Assembly: GCF_001194135.2 (NCBI RefSeq)
Contig: NC_068987.1
Location: forward strand, 38,666,641-38,730,640
Direction of reading: 5' to 3'
DNA from: Octopus bimaculoides
Lineage: Eukaryota
DNA length: 64,000 nt
Below are positions 25,930 to 38,994 of this stretch, in pieces. A program made the position numbers and the translations under genes. The notes below the pieces were generated by a model, which was not told where the DNA came from, did not search any database, and saw only the letters and a program-made list of their open reading frames with translations. How positions within the stretch are numbered: the stretch's first letter is position 1; the number at the start of each line of letters is the position of its first letter.

Positions 25930-26790
25930 AGGGAAAGAGTTTTAATGCGGAAGGCCCAGTGTGGCTGGTGACGTTTGAAAGGAAAGAACGGGTATAACAA
26001 CGAAGATGGGAACAAGGAATATATATGGGATGTTTCTTTCCCGCATCAAGCTGTGGTTGAGGAGGCTACGTGGGTTGCTTAAAAGAAAAAAATGAGTGAG
26101 ACTAGGGAAAAACGAAAAGTGTAATATGCAAAATGAGGCAGAGGAGAGCGCAGCTGAGAAGCAGGATGGTGGAGTCGTAAGTGAGGGAAACTGGATGCAG
26201 TGAGTTGGGTTCCGAACGTGGTGTTTAAGAGCTGAAGTGCAGTTGATGGTACAAGTACGGGAAGGGGCTGCTTGACTAAATATGAGTGGATAAGCACGTC
26301 GAATAAATAGACCTGACATGTATTGCAGCTGAATAATGGTAGCAGTTACACAGCCAGCGAAGACAGAGGAATATAAAGTAGGAGATGGAGTACATGGTCT
26401 GTGGGTGAAGGGAAAGTCGAAGTAGGGTTAGGGTTTCAAGCAGAGAGTGTGAGAATGGAATGGTCAATAAGACAGTGATCTCGAGGAGTGAAGGAGGTGT
26501 AAGAGAAGTGAAATGACGAGAGATAAAACGTGCTGACAGAGAAGAAAGAGTATTGTTCTTCACAACAGAGAGAGAGAGAGAGAAAGAGAGAGAGAGTAAG
26601 AGAGAAAGAGAGGGGGAAAGTGAAGGGGAAAGAGGAGAGGTAGTATAATAACCGAATAATTCTGGGCTGGACCCAATAAACTGGGAAATGATTTCGCTCA
26701 ATGAAGTCAACATATATGTGATGTAGGTGGTAGCCATTCTTGTGCCCATAGTCTTTCCAATGACTGTTTCTACATCGTAAAATTAAGGGT
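25930..26790 (-). mobile_element. Highly decayed retroelement remnant (possibly Penelope-like)
   Basis: GC-richer block with broken reading frames and a weak CT(x)CTS motif. The family is uncertain. Confidence 0.3.
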
Positions 26791-26883
26791 GAGAAGAAAT
26801 CATGCAAAATGAGGAATGCAGAGGAGCTAGCATAGTAGGATGTTCAAGTGTTTTTACTTCAGTAATATTTCCGAGAATCTTAC

Positions 26884-27057
26884 CTCCACGTCCGCCTCTC
26901 AGAAGGTCCAATTTATCACGAGCTTTTTGTACATCAGATGCCAGTTCTGGAAAACCAGCAGCCGTAGCGTCTTTGATAGCTCGTTCCAATGCTGGTTCAT
27001 CTGCTTCTTTCATAGCATATTTCAATGCTTCGCGGACTGATTCAGGAGTTTTTATAC
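26884..27057 (-). CDS. Repeat exon 13 (subtype B-like); (G)IKTPESVREALKYAMKEADEPALERAIKDATAAGFPELASDVQKARDKLDLLRGGRG
   Basis: Acceptor ttttgtcaacaaaag|GT, donor GGAG|gtaaga. 174 nt, phase 1-1. Confidence 0.9.
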
Positions 27058-28216
27058 CTTTTGTTGACAAAATATGGTTAAATGTATGACATATGCAATG
27101 TACTATGTTATTATGCATATTGTTTTCTTTTGACAAAGTACAGAAACACAATTATAATTCAATATATTTTCAAATGAATATTATTTCAGAAATTATTGCA
27201 GTAACAGATTTCACCTGAATATATACAAAAAAAACAACAACACAAAAGAATGTTCTATATCTATGAAAATAGGAAAATAAACAGTACACACACATAAATT
27301 TGTTTTAATACCTGAAAGTAAACAATTTGAATTGTTAATTGTGTATTTCATAATATACAAATATAATACTCGAATATAACACTTATACACATTCACGAGC
27401 GCGCGCAAACATATATGTATACCGCGGTAAAAAAAATCATCCTTCGATGATTTAAAAGTATAATAATTACGCTTTTATTTAATCATGGATGATCAAAGAA
27501 AACGCATGTAAAAGCAAAATTGTAAAACATTTTGAACGCACAAAAAACAGCAAAATTATGTAAGGAAATATTGTTCATCATATGTGAGCTGGTCCCTGTA
27601 ACAAATGTATTAAGAATGAATTCAATGGTGAAAAGATGCACAGCTTTGCTGTATTAACTCAAATAGACTAAGAATCATGATTGTTGTTATTAGTGAATCT
27701 ATTAAGTCAGGATAAGTCTCAGTGTTTAGCATTAAAGCGTTGCACACACACACACTCACAATCACACACATATACACACACTTATACATACATGTATGGA
27801 ATTATTATGCATAGATAATACATAAATACAATTTTTTCATAAGCATACATATATATATATATGTATATGTATCTGTATACACACACACTCACATACACAC
27901 ACATATAATATATATATATATATATTAGAAAAAATAATAAGGTACTCAGAGATCTGGATAGTTGTACATTTACAGATTCTTATTAATATGTTACATGTTT
28001 TTATAAATCATATATACAGCGCTTGCATCTACTCTAATAGATTCTTCAGATTTAAATTTGAAGAATCTATTAGAGTAGATGCAAGCGCTAATATATGATT
28101 TATAAAAGCATGTGACATATTAATAAAAATCTGTAAATGTACAACCATCCAGATCTCTGGTACCTTATTATTTTTTCTAATATATAATACCTGTACATCA
28201 CTTCCAAACCTTCTAA

Positions 28217-28274
<58 letters not shown>

Positions 28275-28389
28275 TACGTATGTATATGTGTATGTATATA
28301 TATATGTGTGTATATGTATGTGTATGTGTGCATGTATATATATAAATATATATGTGTGCGTATATATATATACGCACACATTGGCTACT

Positions 28390-29230
28390 ATCGCTCGACT
28401 TCTATCTTTCAGCAAGTCATGCAGCCATTGGAGAAGTTAAAGTCACCCAAAAGGAATACACTGATGTGTTGTTCCAGTTTGGTGAGAACTTCTATCTTTG
28501 TTAGGTAGTCGTCAAACTTGCCTGTATGACTCGGAGCATACGGTGGGCGATATGTAGTACATATAACAATATTAAGTTGTTTTATGGGTACAATTTGAGT
28601 GTCACACACTGAATTTGAATATGACAGCAGGACATAGGGCGTGAGGTCTTCTCGGATGTACACAGCAACTCCACCATGACTCCTCTCCTTTCTATCTAAG
28701 CGTATGACAACATATTGTGGTATGTGTATTTCTGCATCCCCTCTATCAGGTCTAAGATGCGTTTCCACAAGTACCATGCATAAAGCTTGATTGAATGCCG
28801 CAAGGTCTCTCAGGAATGAGATTTTTGTCTTACAGTTGCCGTGCAACAGCCCTCCTATATTTAGAAGAAATAGTTTTGTGACGTTTGTGTTGGTGTTACT
28901 GGTGGCTATCCTGTATCTGTAGTCGAGGGTAGCCTTGTGTAGAAGTGGGTGTAGTTCTCAGTTTGTGTTTGTAGCCATGTCAGCTACCGATTGCAAATAA
29001 GTGTGTGTAGCTAAGAAGTTAGTGTTGAAATCATGTGGTTTTGGGCTCTGTCACACTACGTGGCAATTTGAGCTAGTATCGTCTACTATAGACTTAATCG
29101 ACCAATGCTTTGCGAATGAATTTGGTGGACGGAGATTGTGCAGAAGTCCTTTATGCAAGTATATGTGTGTGTACGTGTTTGCATTTGTCTCACACTGCTT
29201 AACAACTATCGTAGGTTTGCTTACGTCTTC
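28390..29230 (-). mobile_element. LINE fragment (APE endonuclease plus ORF1 end)
   Basis: ETHL..RLDRKERSHGGVAVYI..YRPP..LLGDFNF in ORF 28409-28846. Confidence 0.8.
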
Positions 29231-29350
29231 ATAACCTATAAGCTGAACAAAAAGAGAACAGAATTAGTATCAAACTCAAAATAAGAACTAAGATCGATGT
29301 CATTGAGTAAAAACCCTGGCGAATTGATTTTCCAATATGGCTGTAGTCGT

Positions 29351-29401
<51 letters not shown>

Positions 29402-29779
29402 CGTGCGTGTGTGCGTGCGTGTATGCGTGCGTGTATATGAGTGTGTGTGCTCGAGAGAAAATGAGGTACAGTGTATATGTATGCATGTGTGTGTATGTGT
29501 GTGTGTGTGTGTGTATGTGTATACACATATTTGGATTTGGTTAAACAGAGATGAGCGATAGATAGAAGAATATTGAGCTATACTTGATAACAGATGATGC
29601 CGTCGAGAGGTAGGCCCCACGTCGTGCATTCTCTCCTGATGACCCCATACGCTTGCTGGCTTCCAGTATTCGGAGTTTTCGACTGGTAGCACTTGCATGT
29701 GCAAGTTGTTTGCAAAGCACACACAGGCACACATACATACACATACATATATGTTTATATATGTTGTTAAACTAAAAAT

Positions 29780-30260
29780 TAAAATCAATAATGGAGAAGT
29801 TAAAGAATTAAGACATTGGAAAGTCAAATATAGTCGTTGGATATTACCGAATGCGTGTTCGGTATATGTACTGTGCGGTGATTTAGGTTGCAATTAGATT
29901 TGTGGTAAAATTTGAAGGTATGAAAAAGCGGTGGTTGCATCTACCTAGGGACTCATCATACTTATTTAGTAGTATTGAAGAATTGTGTATTAATATGTGG
30001 AATGCCTCTTTTAGGAATAGCTTACGGGCTGAGCGTTGACCTTGGTATGGAATTCCTGAATCTATTAGGGACCATGACAAGTTATATGAAGTATTCCTAC
30101 TTTTGAGATGATGCATATTGTGGATTTACTGTGCTTCTCATATCTATTATATTATTATATATCTTATTATTCTTCCCTTCCTTTTTGAGGTTTATACTCA
30201 CTTTAGTACATCACCCCTGTACCATTTTCTTTACCTATCTTTAGTACCTTTCAAACATAT
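29780..30260 (-). mobile_element. Penelope-like element 3' fragment
   Basis: HLKSRNTSYNLSWSLIDSGIPYQ..LKEAFHIL..LLNKYDESLGRCNH. Confidence 0.55.
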
Positions 30261-30329
30261 CACCCCACCTTCCACTTCTCATACCGCTGAAATGCTCTTT
30301 GCACCACCTCTATGTCAAACTGGATGTGT

Positions 30330-31220
30330 GGGCCAGAGCCCTGTCTTGAATGAAGATATAACGGCCACCAAAGGTTTCTGTGACCTAGGGTTACACTTTC
30401 TCATCCAACATTTCTGCATAAACTTCACTGTTGACCTTGACACCAGCATCGCTGAATATCACGCAAGACTTGTACCCATCAGATGCAACTGCAGCCCACA
30501 CCATGAATAAAGCTGGTTTCTGACGGCGTTTAATGACTCCTGCTACCTTCGGGCAAATTTTCTTCATTACGTGCATAAAGCTTGTCATTCTCCCTGTTGG
30601 TAACTGCCCCCACAGTGAAGATCTTCTTGTCGGACTAGATCAACACTTTGTTAGCGGCGTCTTTCATCTCAGCTAACATGGTTTTACCCCTGTCGAACCC
30701 TTATTCTTGGAAGCTGCTGAAATTAACTGCCGAGATTGTTTCTTGTATGCAGTTAGCTTTAAATCCTCTTTAAAAATCCCGTGCATTAATGGTTTTGAAA
30801 TATCAAGAGCTTTTGCAGTTTCTCTTGCACTCTTGGAAGGATTTCGGTTCATTCGCTTCTTCACAGCTTCAGCAGTATGAATTGATCGTTTCTTACCAGG
30901 ATACCAGGAATTGGCTTGTTAGAGGTAGTAGTAGACGTCATATACCGTTTCCAGATATTGAACACTGTTTTATGGCACACATTCAACTGTTTTGTTATGT
31001 CCTAGTTGCTCACGCCAACTATTTTCAAAGTGACAATCTGATCACATTTTGCTTTCGATACCACATTTGTTTACAAACCTGTTATAGACGAACGAAACAA
31101 TAGACACATGAACAAAAGACATATGCAGATCTTTATGTGAAATGTAGATAATATTACCCCAAGCGATATTCTTTATGAAGAGTTTTAAACATGGGTAAAT
31201 CTTTCTGAGACATCCTGTAT
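30330..31220 (-). mobile_element. Tc1/mariner-superfamily (maT/DD37D-like) transposon, 3'-truncated
   Basis: RNPSKSARETAKAL..LKLTAYKKQ and RQKP..MVWAAVASDG.K...GVKVNSEVY..ML. Probable left end ta|caggatgtctcagaaag at ~31218. Confidence 0.7.
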
Positions 31221-31328
31221 ATGTGAGTTAGTTGCAAAAATATCTGGAGTTAAATTTGATTTCTTGAGTTTTGAGATGTTTTGAGAGTGGTTGGGATGTT
31301 CTTTGTTGTTTTGAATGTATATATGTTT

Positions 31329-31403
<75 letters not shown>

Positions 31404-31983
31404 TATATATGTGTGTGTGTTTGTATATGTGTGGTAAATTTTTGGACTTGGTTCCAGAGAGAAAAAGGCTTTGATGTCTCTAAAATACCAATACAAAAAC
31501 AAGATTTTTAATATATACATAGAATAGACAGAAGCATGTTTTCGTGGGGAAAGCTGTTCACTTCACCACTTCGTGGTTCATATTCGATCCCACTGCATAA
31601 CAAGTGTATTCTATTGTCACGGGTTATGTGTGAGAGTGTGTGAGTGTGTGCGTGTGTGTGTGTGCGCGCGCGCGCGCGCGTGGTGTGTGTTTGTGTGTTT
31701 ATGTGTATATGAGTCCAAGTCTATATTTATATCGATATAGAAAACTGTGTTGTATTATATATGCTGTGACCTTTTATTTTGACAAGTAGTACTGAATGAA
31801 ATTAATACCAGTCTGAAATAAGTATTGGGGTCGGAATTATTGAGTACCCGCTCGAATGTAGTACTCCAAAATGGCTGTAGTCCAACTACGTGTTTAAGTC
31901 ATAGGAACGTGACCGTTCTAGTGCACAACATCAAAGTTTTAATCGATTAAACCAACCTCAATAATTATTTTAAGTTTGATACT

Positions 31984-32028
<45 letters not shown>

Positions 32029-32029
32029 G

Positions 32030-32230
32030 TATTACCTGCATCGCCCAGATTATCGAAGGTTATTATTCCCTTATACGCTTCTTCTGCTCAACTCTTTCCA
32101 AAGCTAGGTCTTCCTAGTATTTTACGGTGATATCAGTATTTTCAGGTTGCTTTTTATGCAGACTTTGTACCGAGGATGCTTTCCAGTGCACATTTCACCG
32201 TAGAACAGTTGCTTTAGAATCCTTTTATCT
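32030..32230 (-). mobile_element. RTE-type LINE 3' fragment
   Basis: LKQLFYGEMCTGKHPRYKVCIK, typical of an RTE ORF end. Confidence 0.5.
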
Positions 32231-32369
32231 TACATACGTACAACATTGCTTGTCCAACGCATTTGAGTAGATACGATGACAGACTGGATGCCTATTCATA
32301 CACACATACACACGCACATATATATATATGTGTGTGTGTGTGCGCGCACGCACACACACAGACACACAC

Positions 32370-32418
<49 letters not shown>

Positions 32419-33345
32419 AATAAGCAGATAGATCACTACTTAGTGTTTGGGGGATAGCTGAAATGTAAGGCGTACTTTTTCATACCAATATTATTAATTA
32501 ATTGCTGTTGATAGTGCATATACTGACTTGTTAAGCTTAGACCAATTTTGAATACACATCAAATAGCAATAAACTAATCATTTCTTTGATGACAACATAT
32601 AAGTATTCTTTCTTTGATGATGGTTTAACGACACCAGAAACTATTTCGAGATATCCCTTTTTCTGTCAACGAAAGATCAAAACCTTGGGAGCAGTCGCTT
32701 TACTTACGTTTCATTGCAATGTCAAACTTTAATGCTTATTAAAACGGGATATCTTACATTTAAAATTATGCATGAGTGCACGCATGAGTGCACGCATGAG
32801 TGCATATGTATTATGTATGCAAGTATGTGTATTAATGAGCGTTTCTTTGTATGTTTGCTTCACATGTGCTTATTCTTGATAAAGCAAGGTGGAAAGTCCA
32901 ATATATACAAGAAAAGGAATAGTTCAGCATAATACTATAAGTTTATAATCTGAACTTGTTAAAGATATCAAACTAACCGCGTAAATTATAGCGTTGCCCC
33001 CAATTTTTTACCCCTTTGTTTTTATGCTTTTCTTCAGTTAATTCCTAAAGAAATTTGGCATCATTTTCTTAAGACAAAAAAAAAAATAGTAAAAGGATAC
33101 CAAACATTCTGATCTGACAACTACTAATGAGGCACAATATGTTTAAGAAAACCTCTAAGACAATGGATGATAGAAATTGGGGTGAAGTAACAGCACTCAT
33201 TATTTCTTTCGAGTTTGGATGGGAAATAAAAATAGAAAACTTAAAAATACCTTATGTGTCTTGGGAGGGTCATTACGCCGGTAATAATAAACACACACAC
33301 AGGTTCTATATCACTTCTTTATCGTTAATCAATCTGTAAAATATC

Positions 33346-33413
33346 TAACCAACTAACTAATCGATGGTTTGTTTAATGCGTGTTAAACGTACGATCGATT
33401 AGTTAGTTGGTTA
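33346..33413. repeat. Perfect 20-bp inverted repeat hairpin
   Basis: taaccaactaactaatcgat (33346-33365) and atcgattagttagttggtta (33394-33413), with inner gtttaa/ttaaac pairing. Confidence 0.9.
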
Positions 33414-33975
33414 ATCAACTGCCGATGTGACTATCACTCACATGTGGGTCTTGGCATTTGCAACAGACGCTACTTTTCTAAGCCCGAAGCAAGACTTTCC
33501 AGTTTTCCTGACGGAGATTCATGGTCTCGCGGGACAGACTGATACCTCTAAACATACATACATACATACATACATACATACATACATACGTATGTATGTA
33601 ATGTATGTGCGTACGTGCACACACATACACACACACGCACGCACACCACACATACACACACGCACACACACACATACACACACACACTCACGTATCATAT
33701 ATGATTGAAATAATATAGCATAAAATCGTGATATTTAATCATAAAAATAGAAAAAAAATCTATATTTTTTTCGATTAAACTCAAAAAAATTTAATGAGCT
33801 ATTTAGTTAGTAGGGTTCAGTTGAAGAATTTTCTAGTACTTATTGTATGATTTAGTTTTAGAAACTGCAAAGTTTATATTATATAGCATTACTTCTGCCG
33901 TCTTTCTATGTCTAGTAGTTCCACAAACGTTTTTGGAGCTAAGATAAACCCCGAAATTGTTATCAAATTGCTAAC

Positions 33976-34155
33976 CTCCACAGGGTCTGCTTAACTGCTG
34001 TAAATGAGTTCGAGTGGGAAGCATGCCATGAGCTATTTCTGGATATTCTGAGGTGTCACCTTGTCGGACAAATTTCAGTAGACTGGGTTTCTTTACTGAT
34101 CCTGGCTGTGTTGGATGATGTAAGGTCTTCAAATCATTACAAACGGCAAAGAAAT
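33976..34155 (-). CDS. Repeat exon 12 (highly diverged, A-like); (D)FFAVCNDLKTLHHPTQPGSVKKPSLLKFVRQGDTSEYPEIAHGMLPTRTHLQQLSRPCG
   Basis: Acceptor caagtttag|AT, donor GGAG|gttagc. 180 nt, open, phase 1-1. Keeps the YPEI motif and R/L spacing. Confidence 0.65.
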
Positions 34156-35247
34156 CTAAACTTGATGAGTGTTCTATAATATTTAAGATGAAAATTAAAG
34201 GAAAAATCAACAGCAAATGTCTTTCTTTTTGGGCGGGGTGAATATGTAGATATTTACTATTGATTTTCACTGTAGCAAAACAATTTAAGGCAAACATTCG
34301 AAGTAAACTTTGAAATTTAATCTAAAGCAAATAATTCACCACACATTTTTCAGAGAAAAATTCCGTTATTTGCATTCTTGGAAAATTAGGTCCTATATTA
34401 AACTGGCTTCAACTAAAAGTAAAACAAATTTGAGGATTTGATTTATTTTATGCTTACCTTTTTCTCTCGAACACTAATTACTCCTTTTAGTATAGAACAC
34501 AAATAATGAAATAATTATAGTCATAAAGTGTTTTCATTAATTTTTCATTAATTCTAAAGGTCAAATAATTTGCTTAGTAAAACAAATAGTTCAAAAATAC
34601 TGGTCTTTAGAGCACTTCTTTTATTCTTTTCATATAAAAACTATGGATGAATAATGTAATTATATTACTCTAATATAAGTAAACATGAATTCAAATATGT
34701 CATTACTACTAAAACTGTTGTAAAAAATCTGAATATATATGTAAATTTAAAAATATGCAAGAGTAACAAAAAGAAATGATAAAAGAAATCATAATTTTTA
34801 ATATAGTACGAACACATATTTGAGATTCTGTCTCTACCCAAATCAGAACCAATAAACGCTTTGAGATATTCTGATAATCGAGATGAGATGGGACTGACAG
34901 TCTGTCTATTGACTGAAACAAAAAGTACTTGAAATTGCCTGGATGTTACATGTCTACCAGTCAAATACTTTTGTTAGTGCTATGTTGAACATTCAAAGGA
35001 ATATAAGAGCAACGTCAAATCAAGTGGCACTAGAATATATTTTGTAACGGAATTTGTCGTTATTTAACATTACGAATTAACTGCAGCAATTCTGTTTAAA
35101 CTTATCGGAAACATCCCATTATAAGCACCAATTTGAAACAGAAGGAAAACAGAAGAGATAAATGAGTTAATCTAGGTCTGTTTCTTCTGCTTCAAATTTT
35201 AAAATATGAATAAGCAAGTCTGTATTAAAATTGCAACATACTGTTAC

Positions 35248-35289
<42 letters not shown>

Positions 35290-35454
35290 GTCTGTCTGTC
35301 TATCTGTCTGTCTGCCTGTCTGGCTGGCTGGTTGGCTGTCTACATACACACGCGCACGCACACACATACACACACACGCACACACACACACGCGCACACA
35401 CACACACACACACACACACATACATATATGTAAATGCATATATCATACTATCAT

Positions 35455-35830
35455 AGGTGCAGGCGTCGCTATGTGGTAAGAAGTTTGCTTCCCAGTCACA
35501 TAATTCCGGGTTCAGTCCCACTGCGTGGCACCTTGGGCAAATGTCTTCCACTATAGCCTTGGACAGACCAAATTCTTGTGAATGGATTTGGTAGACGGAA
35601 ACTGAAGGAAGCCCGTCGTGTCTTTGAGTCTGTGTTTGTCCCCACCACTGCTCGACAACCAGTGCTGGTATGTCCACGTCCCCGTAACTTAGTGATTCGG
35701 CAAAAGAGATCGATAAAATAAGTACCAGGCTTATAAAAGTAAGTACTGGGGTTACTACATTCGACTAAAAAGTCTTCAAGGCGGTACTCCAACATGGCCA
35801 TAGTTTGAAACAAGTAAAAAAGATAAATGA
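35455..35830 (+). mobile_element. tRNA-derived SINE, family with related copies at ~49072-49431 (+), 47996-48239 (-), 53010-53160, 16555-16625 and 63960-64000
   Basis: Shared head gcagg.gtggctgtgtggtaagaag...ggttcagtcccactgcgtggcaccttgggcaa and core cggcaaaagagaccgatagaataagtac. Confidence 0.8.
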
Positions 35831-35858
35831 TATCTATCTATCTATCTATCTATCTATA

Positions 35859-35895
<37 letters not shown>

Positions 35896-36312
35896 CAAAG
35901 AAGTAAGGACCAAAATCCTTCAAAGGGATGTTAAACATCCAGACCGCCGGTTCAATCCGAGCAAAGAATATATAAAAACTATATATTTAATATTGGTATA
36001 ATTAATAGATAAAGTATAAGGAAAGGAAAAAATATAAGTGTAGACGATCTTTTAATACAAAGTTGGTACAAATCCGATAAAGATTCTTCAAGTTGTTTCC
36101 AAGCCTAATTAATTCCAAAACAAAACGAAAAAAATAATCNNNNNNNNNNNNNNNNNNNNNNNNNNNNNNNNNNNNNNNNNNNNNNNNNNNNNNNNNNNNN
36201 NNNNNNNNNNNNNNNNNNNNNNNNNNNNNNNNNNNNNNNNNNNNNNNNNNNNNNNNNNNNNNNNNNNNNNNNNNNNNNNNNNNNNNNNNNNNNNNNNNNN
36301 NNNNNNNNNNNN

Positions 36313-36367
<55 letters not shown>

Positions 36368-36566
36368 AGTGAGAGTGATAGTAATGGCAAAGAAGTGCTT
36401 TTAAATAAAACAATACACAAATGTATAGAAAGCATATATTTCATTAAGTAATGTAAAACACATGGAAGAATACTGCTGAAAGTTGCAGAGGGCAAGTGAT
36501 TTTGTGAAGAGCAGTTAAGCTGAAGCAATTTTGTCTTCGAATCGCATGACCCACCTCTACAGTTAC

Positions 36567-36728
36567 CTTTTGGAGCTGCAAGATAACCTCTAGCCTGTTG
36601 AATCTCAGGTAACAACTTCGGATATTCAGCACTTATACATTCCTTGATTGTTCTCTCAGTAGCTTCTGGATTATTTCCTCTTTGAGCAGGCTCAAGTCTC
36701 GCGCGCAGGGATTTAAAGGGTTTTATAC
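36567..36728 (-). CDS. Repeat exon 11 (subtype B, shortened); (G)IKPFKSLRARLEPAQRGNNPEATERTIKECISAEYPKLLPEIQQARGYLAAPK
   Basis: Acceptor tgtgattaccag|GT, donor AAAG|gtaact. 162 nt, phase 1-1. Confidence 0.8.
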
Positions 36729-36954
36729 CTGGTAATCACATTTTTTAGCAATATATAATCTCATTTTATATGTCATATCGCATTATTTTCGCATTATATT
36801 ATATCGCATTATATTTTACTATATGTTAAAGTTATATTATTACACTGGAATTTGTAAGTGTAGCCATATAGAATAGGTAATATGTTGTTTTGTACTTTTA
36901 GATCTAATTGAAATTCAGCTTTCAATCTAGTGTTAATGACTGGAATCAACTCAC

Positions 36955-37126
36955 CAGGTTCCCTGCCTACTACGCACATGACGCGCATCTTATAAAGAGA
37001 GGGGTGTGTAAATATAACGTACTTTCTTTGACTTGCACATCCATTTAAAATCTTACTGCCTCTATAGCTTTTATGGTATTCATCTGCAATCAAACATGCT
37101 TCTGAGTCAATCATGGACGTGTTCAA
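36955..37126 (-). pseudogene. Probable decayed repeat pseudo-exon (VEHVHD*LRSMFD ... KILNGCASQRKYVIFTHPSLYKMRVMCVVGREP)
   Basis: Good acceptor (aaattttgtag) and donor (CCTG|gtgagt) 172 nt apart. D/LR at repeat positions 6/8-9 and C at position 31 counted from the donor, but there is a TGA at codon 7 and a net 2-nt frameshift. Confidence 0.5.
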
Positions 37127-38817
37127 CTACAAAATTTTAGGAAATGTTTCCATTTGCAAACCTTGTTCGAAATAAATATTTCACATATTAATTCTAATTG
37201 TTAATTCACAGTTAATTCTAATTGAATGGCATAAATGTTTTGTAATTACTCTGGAAATATATGGAGAATAAATAAGTTCATAATTAAATTAAACTAGGAC
37301 TGATTCATTAGAAGATACATGCTTAAATGAAAGATAAAAGTTAAGTAATAGTTGGCAGTAGTCAGTTTTCAAAAACTTTCGGATACATTGTTTCTGGGAC
37401 TAAACTTTATTCTAACACACACACACACACACACACGCGCGCGCGCGACAACGTGTCTAATTAATTAATGAAAATTAATTCAGGCCTCATCAAGTATNNN
37501 NNNNNNNNNNNNNNNNNNNNNNNNNNNNNNNNNNNNNNNNNNNNNNNNNNNNNNNNNNNNNNNNNNNNNNNNNNNNNNNNNNNNNNNNNNNNNNNNNNNN
37601 NNNNNNNNNNNNNNNNNNNNNNNNNNNNNNNNNNNNNNNNNNNNNNNNNNNNNNNNNNNNNNNNNNNNNNNNNNNNNNNNNNNNNNNNNNNNNNNNNNNN
37701 NNNNNNNNNNNNNNNNNNNNNNNNNNNNNNNNNNNNNNNNNNNNNNNNNNNNNNNNNNNNNNNNNNNNNNNNNNNNNNNNNNNNNNNNNNNNNNNNNNNN
37801 NNNNNNNNNNNNNNNNNNNNNNNNNNNNNNNNNNNNNNNNNNNNNNNNNNNNNNNNNNNNNNNNNNNNNNNNNNNNNNNNNNNNNNNNNNNNNNNNNNNN
37901 NNNNNNNNNNNNNNNNNNNNATATAAAATATGACATACCTATATAGATAATATAGATAAAAGAAAAAAAAACATGTAGTAAATAAACAAACGAACATATA
38001 CTAAATACACAGTTATTCTTCATGTTCAATGGTGTGACCATCTAACTTGTTGAAAATTCCTTTTGTCTTAATGCACAAGGCCAGAGCCACTGTCAATGTA
38101 ATTGTTGACAAAAAAGTTATTGAGACTGTAACAGGCATCTGCCTGCAATGAGAATACAAAGATACTCGAAATCCATTTGGCAATCACAATACATGTACAC
38201 ACACATTTGTGTATATGTACATATAGATAATATATATTATGTGTATATGTGTGTGTAAATTTTTGTGATTGTTGATCTCTTATATTCTATATATCATACA
38301 TTAGTGAACAATGTGGAACAACTAAACCTGTCAAAAGGTTGTAGAAAGATATTGAGAGTATGAGCGGAAGTAGATGATAAAGCGACTGTAATATTGGCAA
38401 AGCAAATTAAATGTGAGCAAAAGTACTTCCATTTGAAGCAAGACGTGATATGATTCCAAAAGCAGCTTTATAGAATTAACGATAATTTGCTGTACAAAAT
38501 ATTTGGGAACATTTTTTTTTTATCTAAAGCTTGATATCTGTTCTATATTTGGCATTAGATGAATAGCTAAAAGTTATTGCTCAAATATAGAGAAGAAAAA
38601 ACATATTAAAATATCTTACTGTAATTTTCATTATACTGAGTATAATGAAAGTTTAATGCTATTAAAAATGCAAGGTTGTACAAAAGAACATTCTGACAGA
38701 TTTTATTTAAACTGAAATTAAAGAAACAACTATTTAAAGCTGTCACAAAAGCTAAGAAAGTATTGAAGCCTAATTCAATATTTATGGGCTTTTTCGCAGA
38801 AGCTGACTAAAACCAAC

Positions 38818-38994
38818 CTGATGCGCGGTCCTCTTCCATAAAATCAAGAGCATAGCGAGCTAACTGGATATCAGACATCAATTCTGGATGTCCGGATCCA
38901 ATGCATTCTTCAATCGCATTTTCTAATGTCGATTTATCGTTTTGTCTTTTTGCTTGGTCAAGTTTAATGCGCAGGGAATCGGGGGTCTTTACTC
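38818..38994 (-). CDS. Repeat exon 10 (subtype B); (G)VKTPDSLRIKLDQAKRQNDKSTLENAIEECIGSGHPELMSDIQLARYALDFMEEDRAS
   Basis: Acceptor ttttccttcaccag|GA, donor TCAG|gttggt. 177 nt, phase 1-1. Hand-translated. Confidence 0.88.
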
